Below, piece by piece: positions 61,425 to 64,000 of a stretch of 64,000 nt of DNA; the stretch's first letter is position 1; each line of letters begins with the position of its first letter. The position numbers and the translations under genes were made by a program. This DNA is from Polymyxa betae A26-41 (taxonomy: Eukaryota > Protista > Endomyxa: Phytomyxea). The notes under the pieces were generated by a model. It ran no database searches, had not been told where the DNA came from, and saw only the letters and a list, made by a program, of their open reading frames with translations. Location of the stretch: positions 134,897-198,896 of the forward strand of contig RBZT01000751.1 of assembly GCA_003693705.1 (NCBI GenBank). Direction: 5' to 3'.

Positions 61425-62775
61425 TTATATACACTGCTCGAGGCTGTATAGAAAATTATCCAGAGCTCGATCGAATGCGACCGGATCCTTATAGAAGAGG
61501 CACTTCTTCGTGCAGGACGACGTCCGCGACCGGTCAGCGAAGATTGTGAGTCCGCACGAGCAGAGAGCCGGTACGCCGATCCCCGCCTGCTGAATCCTCT
61601 GAAGCAGTTGCTTCTTAGTTCGACTAGATTGCATGGATTAGATAGAGAGCTGTTCAGGGGCGGTCTGCTGACTCTCTCGTGGTCGATCTCGTCGAACCAA
61701 CCGACCGGTGCTTGGCCCGAACCGAATCCGCATAGCTTCTCGATCGAGCTAATCGCATCGCCTATAACGCCCGATTAGATCGCATAGACATGGCATACAG
61801 AAGGCGCTCGAACGCTTTCAGATGGTATGCTGCTGAGATTCAGCCGTTGAACGCCTTCATCCAGATCGCGCTCGTCGGGCTTGCCGGTCGCTTTCCTATT
61901 CGAAACGGGCCTCGAAGCCTTCACTCTTTGCACGAGTTTCGCTTCGCTACGAACACGATGCCTCTCTTGAATCATCTCCCACTATGAAGATTGAGAAACC
62001 CTAAACCCTATCAAATCGCCCCCAGTACCTTCCGAACCGCAGCTGCTAATTGCGCCTGCTCTAATTTACTGAGTTGAATGCGACAATCTTTCTTGGCGTT
62101 CAAATGTGTCGGAACTCGAGCCCAGAACGGCTCCTTCCTGTCGATACGAGGCCGAGGCGATGCCTCGGCCATGTTTGCATCCGCAGGCTGATTCTCGCCT
62201 TCGACAACATCGGAGCAGGTTTTGAACGACAGCAAATGCTTTCGTATAGATTTGGATTGGGTCAGAACCTTTCGAAACGTCAAACAAAATCGATCTGTGA
62301 AAAACGAGAGACGGACTCGATCCCTTTCTCGATAGAGAGGCGCCTTATTCACCGTCTTCAATTGTGTCGCGTGTTGTGTCATTAAACGACAGATTTGATT
62401 CTCTGTTGTCTGTTTATAGTGTTCTATATTCGCCCTCTAAAATCATTAATAGCATCAGACACCCATAATAAAGATGCCAAATGGTGAACGAGGTCGTACC
62501 AGAATCCCTTCCGATTGCGATTTCTGCACGTCGCATTTCGATCTCTGCTGCTGAACGCGCCGAATCGTCGCCTTTCGAAAGCGTTCGAGCACTTGCCGGC
62601 TCTGCTGCTGCCGGGATTCGGTTCGTTCCTGGATCTGCTGGACCGAGGCGGCGGGCGGCGGCGTCATGGGCGGTCGGTCGTGTTTGACGGCCCGAGCTGA
62701 GACGATGGAGAGCTGTGCATTACATTCCGGATTGGAGATGTGCCAGTTGTATACAGCCAAGCTATCACCAGACAT
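61425..62775 (-). CDS. CCDC15-like centriolar coiled-coil protein
   Basis: N-terminal LERFRKATIRRVQQQ and C-terminal PALCSCG...SCTKKCLFYKDP..F.RAL resemble the CCDC15 PPLC.CG...C..NC.FYKN...Y.RAL motif. Confidence 0.65.
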
Positions 62776-62847
62776 CACCATGATGATGAATATCAACTGA
62801 TGATCATTCCCTTTCTAGCAGTCAGTGTCACGAGAACGCCCGAGCCG

Positions 62848-62873
62848 AAACCCTAAACCCTAAAACCCTAAAA
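62848..62873. repeat. Interstitial telomere-like repeat (telo-box cluster) upstream of the CCDC15-like gene
   Basis: aaaccctaaaccctaaaaccctaaaa. Confidence 0.8.
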
Positions 62874-63067
62874 CGCGGACCTCCCCTTAGCCCATGACAC
62901 CAGACAAGCCGTACTCGAACATGGGACTGTCGCCCAATTCGCCGAGTGTCCCGACCAACTAATATTCGCGGCCTCTGCAGAGACTCCGAAAGAATCTCAC
63001 GGCTGGAATCGACGCCGTACGGATGCAGTCGACGACTGGGAACCGGCGGCTGTCTCTGTTACAGATG

Positions 63068-64000
63068 TTATCTATTTATTAAGGCGTTGCTCCGTGGAAG
63101 AAAGCGATCGGCCCCGATCGTCTCCCGGCGGCAGATTTCGAATGCTGGCCCAAGGCCGCGACGATGGTTGTTCATCACATGATGACGGCTCTTTGGGCCC
63201 ATCGAATTCACCCGTCCGTGTGGAAACAGGATGTCATCGTTCTCATTGAGGCGCAGATCTCTGTTATAATAGAAAGGATAGGATACCTGGGGTTCGAGTC
63301 CCTGTTGGATTGGAGGCTCTCTTAGGCCGCATGTACGGCCGATTGCAGCAGAATCCATCAGACAACTGGTGAAAAGTTGGACCGCTCGGAAGTACGAACA
63401 TCTCATTCTTAGGGGAAACTGCAATACCAGGCAGAGCCCCGATCTACGGTCTCGACTGGTCAGACGCCTCGCTGCGGCTGAGGGCCTACCGATCCGTTCC
63501 TCTTGCTGATTTTCATTCCGCCAGGGCAGGTGATAATGCTGTATTACAAACCTCTAGCCTGACATTGTCACCCCATCGGAACAATATCGATCGCTACGAT
63601 ACGGAATCTTGCCCATTTTTGTTAAAGTGGCACAATTCATCAAATGACTGGATTCAGCTCTGAATAAGTCAAGGATGAAGAAAATCTGAAAATCTGTGGC
63701 GTATGGCCTTGGAAGTAATGCACGATGGCCTTACTTTGGGGGTCGTCTAGAATGTTATTTACGTGCGCCGGATCGACTGGGTCAACCGTGCTCTGAAGTT
63801 TTTTGTTGGGGGTGGTAGGAGGTATTGGAGTACTGATAGGTGGCCGTTTTTTGCCTGAGCCGATACCTAGGATGCGAGGTGGGGTATCTGCGCTTGCATC
63901 ATCGCTAGGGTCCGGTACTAAATTCCCTGTTAGGATATATGTGTTAGTTAACGTTACATAAACCCTAAAACCCTACCTTTTTTCTGGAGCTCTTTAACCA
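63068..64000 (-). CDS. 3' part of a spliced hypothetical gene running off the window
   Basis: Minus-strand intron 63976-63927 (gtaggg...ctaac...ctaacag) is followed by an open Pro-rich exon. Downstream ORF 63068..63424 may be the last exon; the model is not resolved. Confidence 0.4.

Noticed and set aside
63284-63312. tRNA gene suggested by GGTTCGAGTCCC (T-loop/B-box)
   Set aside because: No matching acceptor stem, D-arm or anticodon arm found upstream; tRNAscan-SE would settle it.
62848-64000. True chromosome end
   Set aside because: Only 2-3 telomere-like units at each site, embedded in a promoter or intron with gene sequence on both sides.

Overview
Gene-dense eukaryotic nuclear DNA, not prokaryotic. 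About 33 protein-coding loci are broken by short (mostly 45-65 nt) GT-AG introns, with intergenic gaps of 1 to a few hundred nt, which explains the fragmented ORF track. Recognisable genes, left to right: RNF5-type RING ligase (partial), AP-4 mu, cohesin loader Scc2/NIPBL with a PHD finger, TFIIIC TPR subunit, ERGIC3, a U-box-like orphan, PPIL4, a CsgA-like SDR, SYF1/XAB2, Cpn10, QPRT, MVD, Erv1/ALR, an MFS transporter, CCT1, a secreted kelch protein, PDAT, an RGS-DENN protein, FAM92/CIBAR, a glycine-zipper orphan, fused homoaconitase (LYS4), ORC4, a secreted periodic orphan, an LrgA-LrgB fusion with a decayed tandem copy, SOSS-B, CFAP97-domain protein, ACOT9, acyl-CoA oxidase, PIP5K, a TPR protein, a NEK kinase, a 4-TM orphan and CCDC15-like. 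Ciliary/centriolar genes, tiny introns and TTT(T)AGGG-type repeats suggest a flagellated protist, possibly a plasmodiophorid (Phytomyxea); this is inference only. Most notable: a fungal-type LYS4 with no evident presequence and two unusually long motif-sharing introns; telomere-like repeats in sense orientation inside short introns; an RGS-DENN architecture; a secreted protein with ~61-aa periodicity; an intronless U-box-like protein; a CCT1 start codon apparently split by an intron; and two convergent genes whose stop codons are 1 nt apart. Gene models were assembled by eye, so boundaries are approximate and no database search was run.
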